A stretch of DNA of 64,000 nucleotides. Origin: Candidatus Bathyarchaeia archaeon. Lineage in GTDB: Archaea > Thermoproteota > Bathyarchaeia > Bathyarchaeales > Bathycorpusculaceae. Of the stretch, positions 20,969 through 29,742 are shown piece by piece. Numbering within the stretch: position 1 is the first letter of the stretch; every line of letters starts with the position of its first letter. The stretch covers positions 11,510 through 75,509 of the forward strand of contig JBEKBM010000016.1 in the NCBI GenBank assembly GCA_050015395.1, in the 5' to 3' direction. The position numbers and the translations under genes were made by a program. The notes under the pieces are model-generated. The model saw only the letters and a list, made by a program, of their open reading frames with translations. It had not been told where the DNA came from and did not search any database.

Positions 20969-21056
20969 TTTGTGTGTGCGCTACAGCCTACCCCTAGTCT
21001 ACTATATGCGCCTAATAGGCTCCAACTATGATTCAACATAGGTGCGCATAGAATTG
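20969..21056 (+). repeat. Imperfect direct repeat, copy 2
   Basis: Aligns with 19726-19814. Confidence 0.85.
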
Positions 21057-21079
21057 AGGTGCGCACTTTTGCATGCAGA

Positions 21080-21193
21080 ATGGTGCTTTTTCATGTACAA
21101 GAAGAAGCTTTACAGAAACAAAACAATACGATATACGAAAAGAGCAATGATAAAATAACTGTGGTTACAGTCTACTGGACAAGGAGACCTTGA
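21080..21193 (+). pseudogene. DUF4258-like toxin remnant
   Basis: IYEKSNDKITVVTVYW C-terminus, TGATG-coupled to DUF2283 gene; N-terminal part missing or frameshifted. Confidence 0.55.
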
Positions 21194-21417
21194 TGTTTAT
21201 GGTGCGTGTGGAATACGATGAAAAAGCCGACGCCATGTACATCTGGCTCAGAAAAGCCAAGTACGACATAAGCGAAGAACTTTCAGAAAACGTGATTATT
21301 GACCTTGACAAGAAAGGGCGCATCATCGGCATCGAAGTCCTAGACGCATCCAAAAACATGGGAAAAGAGCTCGTAACCAAAATCTTGAGCACTGAAAAAA
21401 TAGCCACGATAGCATAA
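21190..21417 (+). CDS. DUF2283 family protein
   Basis: YDEKADAMYI..IIDLDKKGRIIGIEVLDAS. Confidence 0.9.
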   Translation: MMFMVRVEYDEKADAMYIWLRKAKYDISEELSENVIIDLDKKGRIIGIEVLDASKNMGKELVTKILSTEKIATIA

Positions 21418-21611
21418 ACAATCTTCCTTAAAATGTGGCAATCAGCTATTCTTCTGCATAACCTACCTTCTTCATTATTTTTAGAACCAAACAAAGAAAA
21501 CTTCAGGATTCGTAGTTTTTTCTTCCATATGGAAGTAATTCTTTCCAGTCAACAACCTACATAAACCTTATAGGGTTTTACCCAATTGCCTGGCCACATG
21601 CAGCAAAAGAG

Positions 21612-21815
21612 GTGAAAGCCATCAGAGAACTTACCCCACTTAAACAAGCTATAAGGGAACTGGCAGCGCTTGGAGAAGAAGAACACGAAGGGTCACTCAT
21701 AGACCTCGCCGTACTGCTATCAGCAATCATCCGAACATACGAACACAAAGGCATCCATTACACACTACAAAAATACGCCCCAGAACTAATCAAAACCAAA
21801 CCTGACGAGCCTTGA
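21612..21815 (+). CDS. Hypothetical protein
   Basis: 67-aa ORF, protein-like composition only. Confidence 0.4.
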   Translation: MKAIRELTPLKQAIRELAALGEEEHEGSLIDLAVLLSAIIRTYEHKGIHYTLQKYAPELIKTKPDEP

Positions 21816-21869
21816 ACACTGCAAGAAGGCAAATAGCAGATTAATAAGATTAGATTTATAGCAGAGATT

Positions 21870-22337
21870 TTGGAAAAAGGAATTATGGCTAAGCCGCCTA
21901 AATCCAGTCGAGCAATAGATGACCCAGAGTGGGTCGAATGGGCAAGAACCAAAACGGAAAAGAACCTTGCAATGATGCCTGAACTAAAGCCGCTGCAAGA
22001 CAGACTCTTGTCCCTTGGTGGTGATTGGGTAGCGCTTGAACCTGAGCCCGATCTCGACTCCCTCTTGGACAAAGGGCGGCTCATTAAAGGCAGGGTTATT
22101 CTCAAACGAATATCGCCTCACAATTGCCACAAGAACTGTTGCGAATTATGGGAAAAGAATCCAAAAACCTGCAGAATCGCAACAGGATGGGCTCTTAGTA
22201 GCGACGGCATTTGGCGACAGCACACGTGGCTACTCAAAGGCAAAGCCATTATCGAAACAACTGAGCCCAGGACTCTGTATTACGGGATTGTACTCGGAGA
22301 TAAAGAAGCCATCAATTTCTGGTGGCAGAATCAATAA
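21870..22337 (+). CDS. Hypothetical protein with possible Cys-His catalytic motif
   Basis: NCHKNCCELW..TGWALSSDGIWRQHTW..IIETT..YYG. Confidence 0.7.
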   Translation: MEKGIMAKPPKSSRAIDDPEWVEWARTKTEKNLAMMPELKPLQDRLLSLGGDWVALEPEPDLDSLLDKGRLIKGRVILKRISPHNCHKNCCELWEKNPKTCRIATGWALSSDGIWRQHTWLLKGKAIIETTEPRTLYYGIVLGDKEAINFWWQNQ

Positions 22338-22461
22338 CCGCAAATGATCTTATTTGGTTGGTCTTCAGGCAGAAATTTCCATGGAGACAAACAAAAACGC
22401 TTACCATCTCTTGTTGATAGCTTAAATAATGTTCCCAAGACGCCAAAAACAAAAATGAATT

Positions 22462-23004
22462 CTATAAATTCCGCCTTTTCATTTTTCTCTTAAAAGCTCT
22501 AATTTCGCCATCTGATTTAATTTTTCCTTCCTTAATGAGTGTCTCACACTGTTTCCTGAGTGTTTCGTCTGAAAAATCCATTAATTCTCGATATTTTGAC
22601 CAGTTAATGCAATCATCTAATTCGCTTACGCTTTTGTACTTTTTAAAAAATCTAAAAATATATCGCAATTCAGACTCTGAAATTCCGAGGTCTCGCTGGA
22701 GAGCTTCAATATAATTCACTAGCACTATACCGAGATTCTTTGAATTTGAATTCAGAAAAGTACTTATTTCCTGTGCCAATAGCCATCGTAGTTTTGCATT
22801 CGGTCTTCCTTCATGAGTCTTAGTTTTGGCGATAATACTTTTACAGTGCGTCAAAAGTAAAAGGTACTGTTTTTCAACGTTAGCTAAACGATTCTTTATG
22901 TCAGGGGTTGAAAGTACTCCCTCGAGGAAGGCGATTGCACCTAATCTAGATACCCCATCTGGGTCTGTAATTTTTCGTATTTCTATGGGAATTTGGCTTG
23001 TCAT
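22462..23004 (-). CDS. DUF1016 N-terminal (YhcG-N)-like helical protein
   Basis: W..AQEI..LQRDLGISESELRYIFRFFKKY..INWSKYRELM resembles YhcG-N pattern. Confidence 0.6.
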   Translation of the reverse strand: MTSQIPIEIRKITDPDGVSRLGAIAFLEGVLSTPDIKNRLANVEKQYLLLLTHCKSIIAKTKTHEGRPNAKLRWLLAQEISTFLNSNSKNLGIVLVNYIEALQRDLGISESELRYIFRFFKKYKSVSELDDCINWSKYRELMDFSDETLRKQCETLIKEGKIKSDGEIRAFKRKMKRRNL

Positions 23005-23017
23005 AATATCTTTCTTC

Positions 23018-24553
23018 TTAAACAGTACTCCATCTTAAATAGAATTCTCTCAGTTTCACAAGAGTTTCATTGAAATTTTGAGGAGGGTTATATTCCAGCA
23101 AAGTAAAAAATACGCAACGTAAAATATGTTGACTCTCTGCAGCATGGCCTATTACCGAACACTTGGTAAAGATGGGGTTACCTGTATTCACCACTATCGC
23201 CTCAGAAGTTAACCATGATTCCTTGGGATTTTTAGGATCTTCTTTCAAATTTATCGCAATTCCATGCCGAACTTGGCGAATCACAGGAATGCCATTTTTA
23301 GAGCCATTTTCTGATTCCACCAAACCTTTACCGTTTTCTGGTCCTATTACTTCGACCCCATTACCTGTGCCTTCACTCCCTGCTGTTCCCTCGGTTGGTT
23401 GTGAGCCGGGAACTTCCTCCGCTTTCATGCATCCCGCTGGCGATTCAACCAATGTTGTTCTATGCTGAGTTTTTAGAAAAGGATTGAAGCCAATAAAACA
23501 GGGGTCTTTAAGCAACTTGTTGATGTCACTTTCTAAACTCTTACAGATCGATTCGAGTTTAGGGTCTGTTTCAGTTGTCGGTTTATCTTCCAATGCATCG
23601 ATACTTTCTAGCCAGTCACCAAATATGTCATACGCTTTTTGCCTGAATGATCCCCAAAGACGAACGTTAGTTTGATAGCGAAAATCACATTTATTTGTAG
23701 TGAGCAAGGAAGATAAGCCATCTGCAAGTATTTGTCCAGTTATTCTTTTTCGAAGAGCCGGCTTGACAAGATAGTCAAAATCGAACCATTGTGTGGCTTT
23801 TATTTGCTTGCCAAATACAACTATTTCAAGACCTTGTTTTTCTGTTAAATCGTTTTTAGCTAGCTCGAAATAGCATTTAAATTCCATTTTTCCAATTTTG
23901 AAGATTTTAGGGGAAACAGTCTCCTTGCTAAACCCAGTCTTCCAGGGACTTATTTGTTCGCCAGAATAAGAAATAACAATATTCCTATATCTTCCGAGAA
24001 GAATGGCGTTATAGTATGTCTGAATTGTGTGAATAATCCGTTCCTTGCTCAACATCAAAGCGTCTTCTTTATTTAGCCTAACTTCAAATAGAGTTCCGGT
24101 ATGAGTTAAGCTCTTTTTGTTAATATAAGTCCATTTAGGTGCGTTACTTATTACTGTAATCTGACTTGAGCCATGGAAATCTTTAGACTTAGTCTCCGTG
24201 ACAATACTTTCTCCTGCCGCTAAGAAAATTAGATATAACTTCGAGCCAACTCCTGCAAAGCCTATTCCTTCACCCTTTGATTTTGATGAAATCGACAACG
24301 CATGATAGTTTTCTTCAAAAACACTCCTGCTCATTCCTTCCCCGTTATCTACAACTCTAAAGATTTTTCGACCTTTATCATCTGAGAATACACAAATATC
24401 TATCCGACTGGCTGCTGCGTCAAGAGAATTTGCGATAGCCTCAAGAACGAGAATTTCCGCAGCAGAATACGGATACATCTCAACAAAATTCTGAATGACT
24501 TTTAAAACATCAACTTTTAAGTCCGACCAGCCGCTCATCCGCAACACCCCCAA
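23018..24553 (-). CDS. MORC-like GHKL ATPase
   Basis: EAIANSLDA, DNGEGM, SKSKGEGIGFAGVGSK, TGT; S5-like region TTNKCDF. Confidence 0.82.
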   Translation of the reverse strand: MGVLRMSGWSDLKVDVLKVIQNFVEMYPYSAAEILVLEAIANSLDAAASRIDICVFSDDKGRKIFRVVDNGEGMSRSVFEENYHALSISSKSKGEGIGFAGVGSKLYLIFLAAGESIVTETKSKDFHGSSQITVISNAPKWTYINKKSLTHTGTLFEVRLNKEDALMLSKERIIHTIQTYYNAILLGRYRNIVISYSGEQISPWKTGFSKETVSPKIFKIGKMEFKCYFELAKNDLTEKQGLEIVVFGKQIKATQWFDFDYLVKPALRKRITGQILADGLSSLLTTNKCDFRYQTNVRLWGSFRQKAYDIFGDWLESIDALEDKPTTETDPKLESICKSLESDINKLLKDPCFIGFNPFLKTQHRTTLVESPAGCMKAEEVPGSQPTEGTAGSEGTGNGVEVIGPENGKGLVESENGSKNGIPVIRQVRHGIAINLKEDPKNPKESWLTSEAIVVNTGNPIFTKCSVIGHAAESQHILRCVFFTLLEYNPPQNFNETLVKLREFYLRWSTV

Positions 24554-24694
24554 ACGATACTGCTATCATTTATAACTATCATTCTTCAAAATCTTTCGGT
24601 TTATAAAGCATTATCCACTAACTTGCTAGACTTGTTTTAATACATCTAAAATTAAGATTAAATTTATAGCCGAGGATATACGATAACATAACTG

Positions 24695-25849
24695 ATGGCT
24701 ATGGTTACAAAGGTGCTCAAAAGAAAAGAAGTTGAATTAGGGTTTGTTTATATACCTGTCAAAAACAGAGCGGAACTTATGGGAGACACATCAGCACCGT
24801 TTGATACTAAACTAAACGATTCCCCAGCAAAAGTCGATAAAAAAGGAAGAATCTGGTCTGAGTATCTTAAAAACCGCTATACGACAGGAACAGAAGTGGA
24901 TTTAAGCAAAAATGCTTACGGCTTCCAAATTGTAATGAATAAACAAAAAACAGAGAACCCAAACGAGAAGGAAATGAAGTGTCTAAATTTAGACACAGTT
25001 TACTTAGGTGATTGTGCAGAAATACTGAAAACTTTCCCCGACGGGTCAATTGGCCTCATAGTAACTTCGCCCCCATATGCATATAACAGAAAATCAACCT
25101 ATGGCGGCGTTCCAATAAGGAAGTATGTAAATTGGTTTCTTCCCATTTCCCTTGAACTTAAACGAGTGCTGAGTCCAACAGGCTCTTTTATTCTGAACAT
25201 CAAAGAACGCGCTATTAACAGTGAGCGACAAACTTACGTAATTGAGCTTATTCTTGAAATGAAAAAGCAAGGTTGGCTTTGGACTGAAGAGTATATTTGG
25301 CATAAAAAGAACTGTTACCCTGGCAAATGGAATAACCGCTTTCGGGATGCATGGGAACGTTGTCTTCAATTCAATAAGCAAAAGCAGTTCAAGATGTTCC
25401 AGAAAGAAGTTATGGTGCCAATGGGAAAGTGGAAAGATAAAAGGCTGTCAAGACTGAGCGAAATCGACAAAGTAAGAGATGTCTCTAAAGTCGGTAGCGG
25501 TTTTGGGAAGAATGTTTCAAACTGGCTTGGGAAAGACCTAGCATATCCAACAAATGTATTACATTTAGCAACCGAGTGCTCAAATCAACAACATAGTGCC
25601 GCCTTCCCAGTAGACTTGCCTAAGTGGTTTATTAAATTATTTACAGAACAGGGAGATGTTGTTCTTGACCCTTTCATAGGCTCAGGCACAACAGCCATTG
25701 CAGCACTTGAGTTGGGAAGACATTTTGTCGGTATAGAAAAAATGGATCAGTATCACAAATTGGCCATAGAACGAATCGCTAATTTTCACGAAAAAAATGG
25801 TCATCAAATAGAACTATTAAAGGAAGAAGAAAAAATTGGCAACACTTAA
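24695..25849 (+). CDS. N4/N6 DNA methyltransferase (beta class) with extra N-terminal domain
   Basis: TSPPY, HSAAFP, VLDPFIGSGTT. Confidence 0.92.
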   Translation: MAMVTKVLKRKEVELGFVYIPVKNRAELMGDTSAPFDTKLNDSPAKVDKKGRIWSEYLKNRYTTGTEVDLSKNAYGFQIVMNKQKTENPNEKEMKCLNLDTVYLGDCAEILKTFPDGSIGLIVTSPPYAYNRKSTYGGVPIRKYVNWFLPISLELKRVLSPTGSFILNIKERAINSERQTYVIELILEMKKQGWLWTEEYIWHKKNCYPGKWNNRFRDAWERCLQFNKQKQFKMFQKEVMVPMGKWKDKRLSRLSEIDKVRDVSKVGSGFGKNVSNWLGKDLAYPTNVLHLATECSNQQHSAAFPVDLPKWFIKLFTEQGDVVLDPFIGSGTTAIAALELGRHFVGIEKMDQYHKLAIERIANFHEKNGHQIELLKEEEKIGNT

Positions 25850-26609
25850 CCCAGAAAAACTTGAATCATTAATCAAGCAATGCCTAAATGACTTTCATGA
25901 AAGACGAATTAAGACTCTTGAGAAATTAAACCTTAGAAGAGTCCTGAAGAGAAAAAACCCCTATCTATTTAGGGCATTAGGAACAGAGCAAGCAGCAGAG
26001 ATTGTGAAGAAAATTCTAGAAGCATATGTTAGTTCTTCTGACGAAACAATATTCGGAGACGCATATTTTGAGCAAATAGCTCGTAATCTTCCAAACATCC
26101 AAGTGTCAGATGGCAAAGGCTGCGACTTAATTCTAAATGAAGAAAAAGTTATTCATGCTTATGCGCTCAAATCCGGTCCAAATCCATTTAATTCAAGTGC
26201 CAAAGAAAAACAACATAACGAGTTCATGGAACTAAAGAGTCGTCTTATGAAACTGCAAAAGCAATTTGATCCGGTACTTGCTTACGCTTACGGCCGAAAA
26301 AACAAACTATCAAGCGGAAAATACATATACCGTGAAAGTTCAGGGCAAGAGTTTTGGAAAGAAATTACGGGTGATGAAAACTTCTATCTCAAACTAATTA
26401 CTTTGATGAAGGACGAACCGCTAAAGAGAATAGACCAATATCAACATGATTGGGATGCAACCGTAAACAAATTTACGAAAGAGTTTATGGAAGATTTTTG
26501 TCTTGCTGATGGCCACATAAATTGGGAAAAACTAACTCAGTTTGTCAGCGCTAGTGAAACCTTAAAGCTTCCAAAACGCAAGAAAACGAAGGAACCAAAA
26601 ATCTATTAA
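25836..26609 (+). CDS. Type II restriction endonuclease, EcoO109I/PmeII-like
   Basis: LKRKNPYLFRA, SSDETIFGDAYFE, GCDL, LKSGPN, GQEFW; overlaps MTase. Confidence 0.8.
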   Translation: MATLNPEKLESLIKQCLNDFHERRIKTLEKLNLRRVLKRKNPYLFRALGTEQAAEIVKKILEAYVSSSDETIFGDAYFEQIARNLPNIQVSDGKGCDLILNEEKVIHAYALKSGPNPFNSSAKEKQHNEFMELKSRLMKLQKQFDPVLAYAYGRKNKLSSGKYIYRESSGQEFWKEITGDENFYLKLITLMKDEPLKRIDQYQHDWDATVNKFTKEFMEDFCLADGHINWEKLTQFVSASETLKLPKRKKTKEPKIY

Positions 26610-26628
26610 ATAACTCAACCGCGCTAGC

Positions 26629-26720
26629 TAGTAACTTTTATTTGGTAGGTTTTTATGTGTTGATGTAAAACTGAAAATGCATATGCCTCGATAGCTCAGC
26701 CCAGTAGGCCGTTGCCTTGT
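26629..26720 (+). repeat. Degenerate copy of tRNA-Thr promoter and 5' half
   Basis: Matches 27531-27628; GCCTCGATAGCTCAGCCCAGTAG identical; similarity ends at anticodon TGT. Confidence 0.88.
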
Positions 26721-26812
26721 GGGCGTTAAATTGACAATTTAGTTTAAACAAGTTTTATCAGAATAATCAACAGTAATATCGATCGATAGATAGAGGTGGA
26801 GAGGAGGAAGTT

Positions 26813-27142
26813 ATGGTGAAGGTTCTTTCTTGTAGGAGTCATTTGGATTGTAATCGGGAGTGTTGGTGGTTTAATCTTATTAGCCCTGAAAATTGGCTGG
26901 AAAGAGAGCCTTTTTTAACTTTAATTTTAAATGGCAAGGATGCTAATGAGAGGGTTGGCTCAATTATTATACCGCTGAATGGTGAGTGGCGTGAGCGTAT
27001 TCTTAAGGCGCCATCTGGTTCTTTAAAGGGAATGAAGGCCATAAAGGCGCATGTGTACAAGGTGAGGCAAAGCGGTGAATATTGGATTTATTTTGGGAAA
27101 GTAAGCGACGGAGTTTACCCTGTTAAGCTCCAAGAAGAGTAA
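26813..27142 (+). CDS. Hypothetical protein
   Basis: 109 aa, GAGGAGG SD. Confidence 0.65.
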   Translation: MVKVLSCRSHLDCNRECWWFNLISPENWLEREPFLTLILNGKDANERVGSIIIPLNGEWRERILKAPSGSLKGMKAIKAHVYKVRQSGEYWIYFGKVSDGVYPVKLQEE

Positions 27143-27157
27143 CATACGCAAGGGAAT

Positions 27158-27382
27158 TTATTTTTTATGTTCGGCTATATATTTCTCAATCCAAACCCAA
27201 TCAGGATTTCCATGATTGAAAAAAGTTGAGAAGTTGTCCTTTAACCATTCGTAATAATCATCTTCGGTAAACTGGCAGAATGCTTCCACGAGTTCCTTCT
27301 TCTTAATAGATTTAGGAATCGGCGAATCGGTTTCCTTTAGCCCTTCCATAACAAATTCTTCCACTACTTTTCTGTCTAACAA
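27158..27382 (-). CDS. Hypothetical protein
   Basis: 74 aa, AGGAGG SD, EDDYYEWLKDNF. Confidence 0.65.
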   Translation of the reverse strand: MLDRKVVEEFVMEGLKETDSPIPKSIKKKELVEAFCQFTEDDYYEWLKDNFSTFFNHGNPDWVWIEKYIAEHKK

Positions 27383-27591
27383 GAGCGTTTCCTCCTAAAG
27401 CCTCTTATAACTTGCATCTTCTATGGGCTCCGGTCTCCGGATGAATGCGTTCTTAATAAACTTGACGTCAGCGCGTTGTCCTGAATTATCGAGCTAACAA
27501 AGCCTATAAGAGAAAAGTAAAAGCATTGGGTAGTAACTTTTATTTGGGTAAGGTTTTATGTGTTGGTGTAATCTGGGCGTCTTTGGTGGGT

Positions 27592-27668
27592 GCCTCGATA
27601 GCTCAGCCCAGTAGAGCGGCTGCCTTGTAAGCAGCAGGCCGCGGGAGCAAGGCCCGCCCGAGGCTCCA
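27592..27668 (+). tRNA. tRNA-Thr(UGU) with atypical D and T loops
   Basis: Cloverleaf: GCTC/GAGC, GCTGC-CTTGTAA-GCAGC, GCGGG-AGCAAGG-CCCGC, encoded CCA. Confidence 0.85.
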
Positions 27669-27675
27669 CAAGAAT

Positions 27676-27912
27676 TTAAACTTCAGGTGCGGGCTCGTCT
27701 TTGGCTGCCTTTGGATCCTTGCCCGTTAACTTGTATTTGCGCCCTTGTGTTTCTATGATTTCGTGCTCGAAGAGTTTGCGCAATGATTTGAAAACTTTTT
27801 TGGAGGGTTCGCCTGTTTTGTCAGTTAGTTCTTGGAGGGTTAATTCTTTTCCTTCAGTCTTTAAGGTTTGATAGACTTTTTCGTCGATTTTGTTAAGTTT
27901 CACTTTGACCAC
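27676..27912 (-). CDS. Small winged-helix protein
   Basis: LTLQELTDKTG..KVFKSLRKLFEHEII. Confidence 0.7.
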   Translation of the reverse strand: MVKVKLNKIDEKVYQTLKTEGKELTLQELTDKTGEPSKKVFKSLRKLFEHEIIETQGRKYKLTGKDPKAAKDEPAPEV

Positions 27913-28069
27913 TGCCTTATGCTGTTTCTTTGTGTTATGGTACAGTTGGCTTTTTCAATTTTGCGGTATCCACCCAGAAGATGACTTGATAAGTTCACTG
28001 GCTAATTGGTGCCTTGCAATAGTCTCTGTCTTTTAATTAGAAATAAAGCAAGTATGCTTGACTCAAGAA

Positions 28070-28288
28070 TTAGATTCTGCGTTCTCTTTCCTCTCTTATC
28101 AGCAAGGTTGAATCTTTCGTTTTTCTCTTCTCGCTTCGCTTCTCAATCTCTTCAAGGGCAGTTATCAATTCCATTTGTTTGATTCTTTGCTCTAGAAAAG
28201 CTCTAACCTCTTGGCTCCAATTCGCACTGTTTTTAACCATTTTTTCTTTAAGTTCTTGAGGCATCCGTATAGTAAAGCGTGTTGACAT
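28070..28288 (-). CDS. RHH/VapB-type antitoxin, orphan
   Basis: FTIRMPQELKEKM..NWSQEVRAFLE..STLLIREERER; palindrome TAATCGT-N4-ACGATTA at 28288-28305. Confidence 0.75.
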   Translation of the reverse strand: MSTRFTIRMPQELKEKMVKNSANWSQEVRAFLEQRIKQMELITALEEIEKRSEKRKTKDSTLLIREERERRI

Positions 28289-28663
28289 AATCGTTTAGAC
28301 GATTAGCATTATTCATCCGCGAAGATTTAAAACTTTATTTTTCACCATTTGTGCACAAAAAACTCAATCAAATGTTATATCGAATTAAAGGAATAAAACC
28401 AACCTCTTAAATCTATAACGGCAACGTAGCTTTTACACTCGCGCCTTGACCGACTCCACGGCTCCATTTACCATTGCAATAAGTGCTGAACTCGCAGGTA
28501 ATGCATGAACCCTTAACTCCTAACTCACAACAACTATCTACTTCAGGCTCTCTCATCTTCCAACCCCAATCTTCGGAAAACCAAAAATCGACCTGGCAAT
28601 ATAAGCAAAATTTCAAAAAGAGAATATTTCGAATACGGTAATACCTTGCTGAAGGCTCTACTC

Positions 28664-28879
28664 TCAGTCTTTAGAGGCATCGTCCTCTTTAGCGTTAAAC
28701 GCATGTTTCTTCTCAGGCGAAACCTTCAACCCGTGATACTCATACATAATCCTTAGTGCGTCTCGGATGGCTTCGTTGCGGCTGTTGTAGACGCCTTTTT
28801 CGATTAACATGTTTAACAAGTCAAGATACCTCTTCGTGAGCCGAATTGTGATGCGTTCTCTCTTGTTGCTATCAGACAC
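28664..28879 (-). CDS. Ribbon-helix-helix regulator (CdrS/CopG-like)
   Basis: RITIRL..LIEKGVYNSRNEAIRDALR. Confidence 0.8.
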   Translation of the reverse strand: MSDSNKRERITIRLTKRYLDLLNMLIEKGVYNSRNEAIRDALRIMYEYHGLKVSPEKKHAFNAKEDDASKD

Positions 28880-29106
28880 CTTTATGTCACCATTTAGACG
28901 CTTTCTAAGCGATGTAATGCACGAAACTTGTCCATATAAGTTCTTGGCAGATAAACATTCGCCTCCTGTCTGCCAAAAATAACCTGAAAAGTCAGGGGCT
29001 TCCTGCGGGTCAAAAGCGTAAACAAAAAGCGCCTCCCCTCAGACCTATAGGGGAAACCACTATTTGGCACAGAAATCCATCAACAAAAATAGGCTAAATT
29101 GTTCGG

Positions 29107-29742
29107 CTAACCAACAACACGCTGCCCCAACAACACACGAAACCCACTTTCTCTTGCAAGAACCGTACAGTTCCCAAAGACTTCGTTGAAGAGAGCAGGC
29201 AGCGTTTTAGCGCCGATTTTAGACCGAATCACCATCTGGAACGTGGCTTTATCCGCCATGACTTTTGCGGCTTCTTTCACAATGGCTTTCACCGTCTCCA
29301 TACCTGCACTAACAGGCGGATTCGAAAGCACACAATTAAACACTAAACCTTCCACAGGCTCATACAAGTAACCAAAACGCACCTCAGCATTGACTATCTT
29401 GTTTAACTCAACATTCCTTTTTGCCAAACGCACGGCTCTCACATTCACATCCGACATAACCACGCTCAGCTTCGGGTTAAGAGCGGCTGCAACTATTCCA
29501 ACAGCACCATAACCGCAGCCAATGTCAAGAACGCAGCCTGTTTTCGGCAGAACCATCGATTCGATTAACAGCCTTGTGCCTGGATCAACCCGCCTCTTCG
29601 AAAAAACGCTTGAAGCAGTCAAAAACTCGAAGCTCTTCCCGCACAGGACGGTTCGAACTAAACCGAACCTCTCCTTTGACTTGGGCTCAGCCACAAAATA
29701 ATGGTCCGTGCTACGGTTGTCCTGATTTATGCTCGCTACCAC
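29107..29742 (-). CDS. RsmC-like small class I SAM methyltransferase
   Basis: HYF, VFSKRRVDPGTRLL, LDIGCGYG, SNPP. Confidence 0.88.
   Translation of the reverse strand: MVASINQDNRSTDHYFVAEPKSKERFGLVRTVLCGKSFEFLTASSVFSKRRVDPGTRLLIESMVLPKTGCVLDIGCGYGAVGIVAAALNPKLSVVMSDVNVRAVRLAKRNVELNKIVNAEVRFGYLYEPVEGLVFNCVLSNPPVSAGMETVKAIVKEAAKVMADKATFQMVIRSKIGAKTLPALFNEVFGNCTVLARESGFRVLLGQRVVG

Noticed and set aside
28413-28616. Cys-rich mini-ORF
   Set aside because: Short with no recognisable family; cannot be supported as a gene
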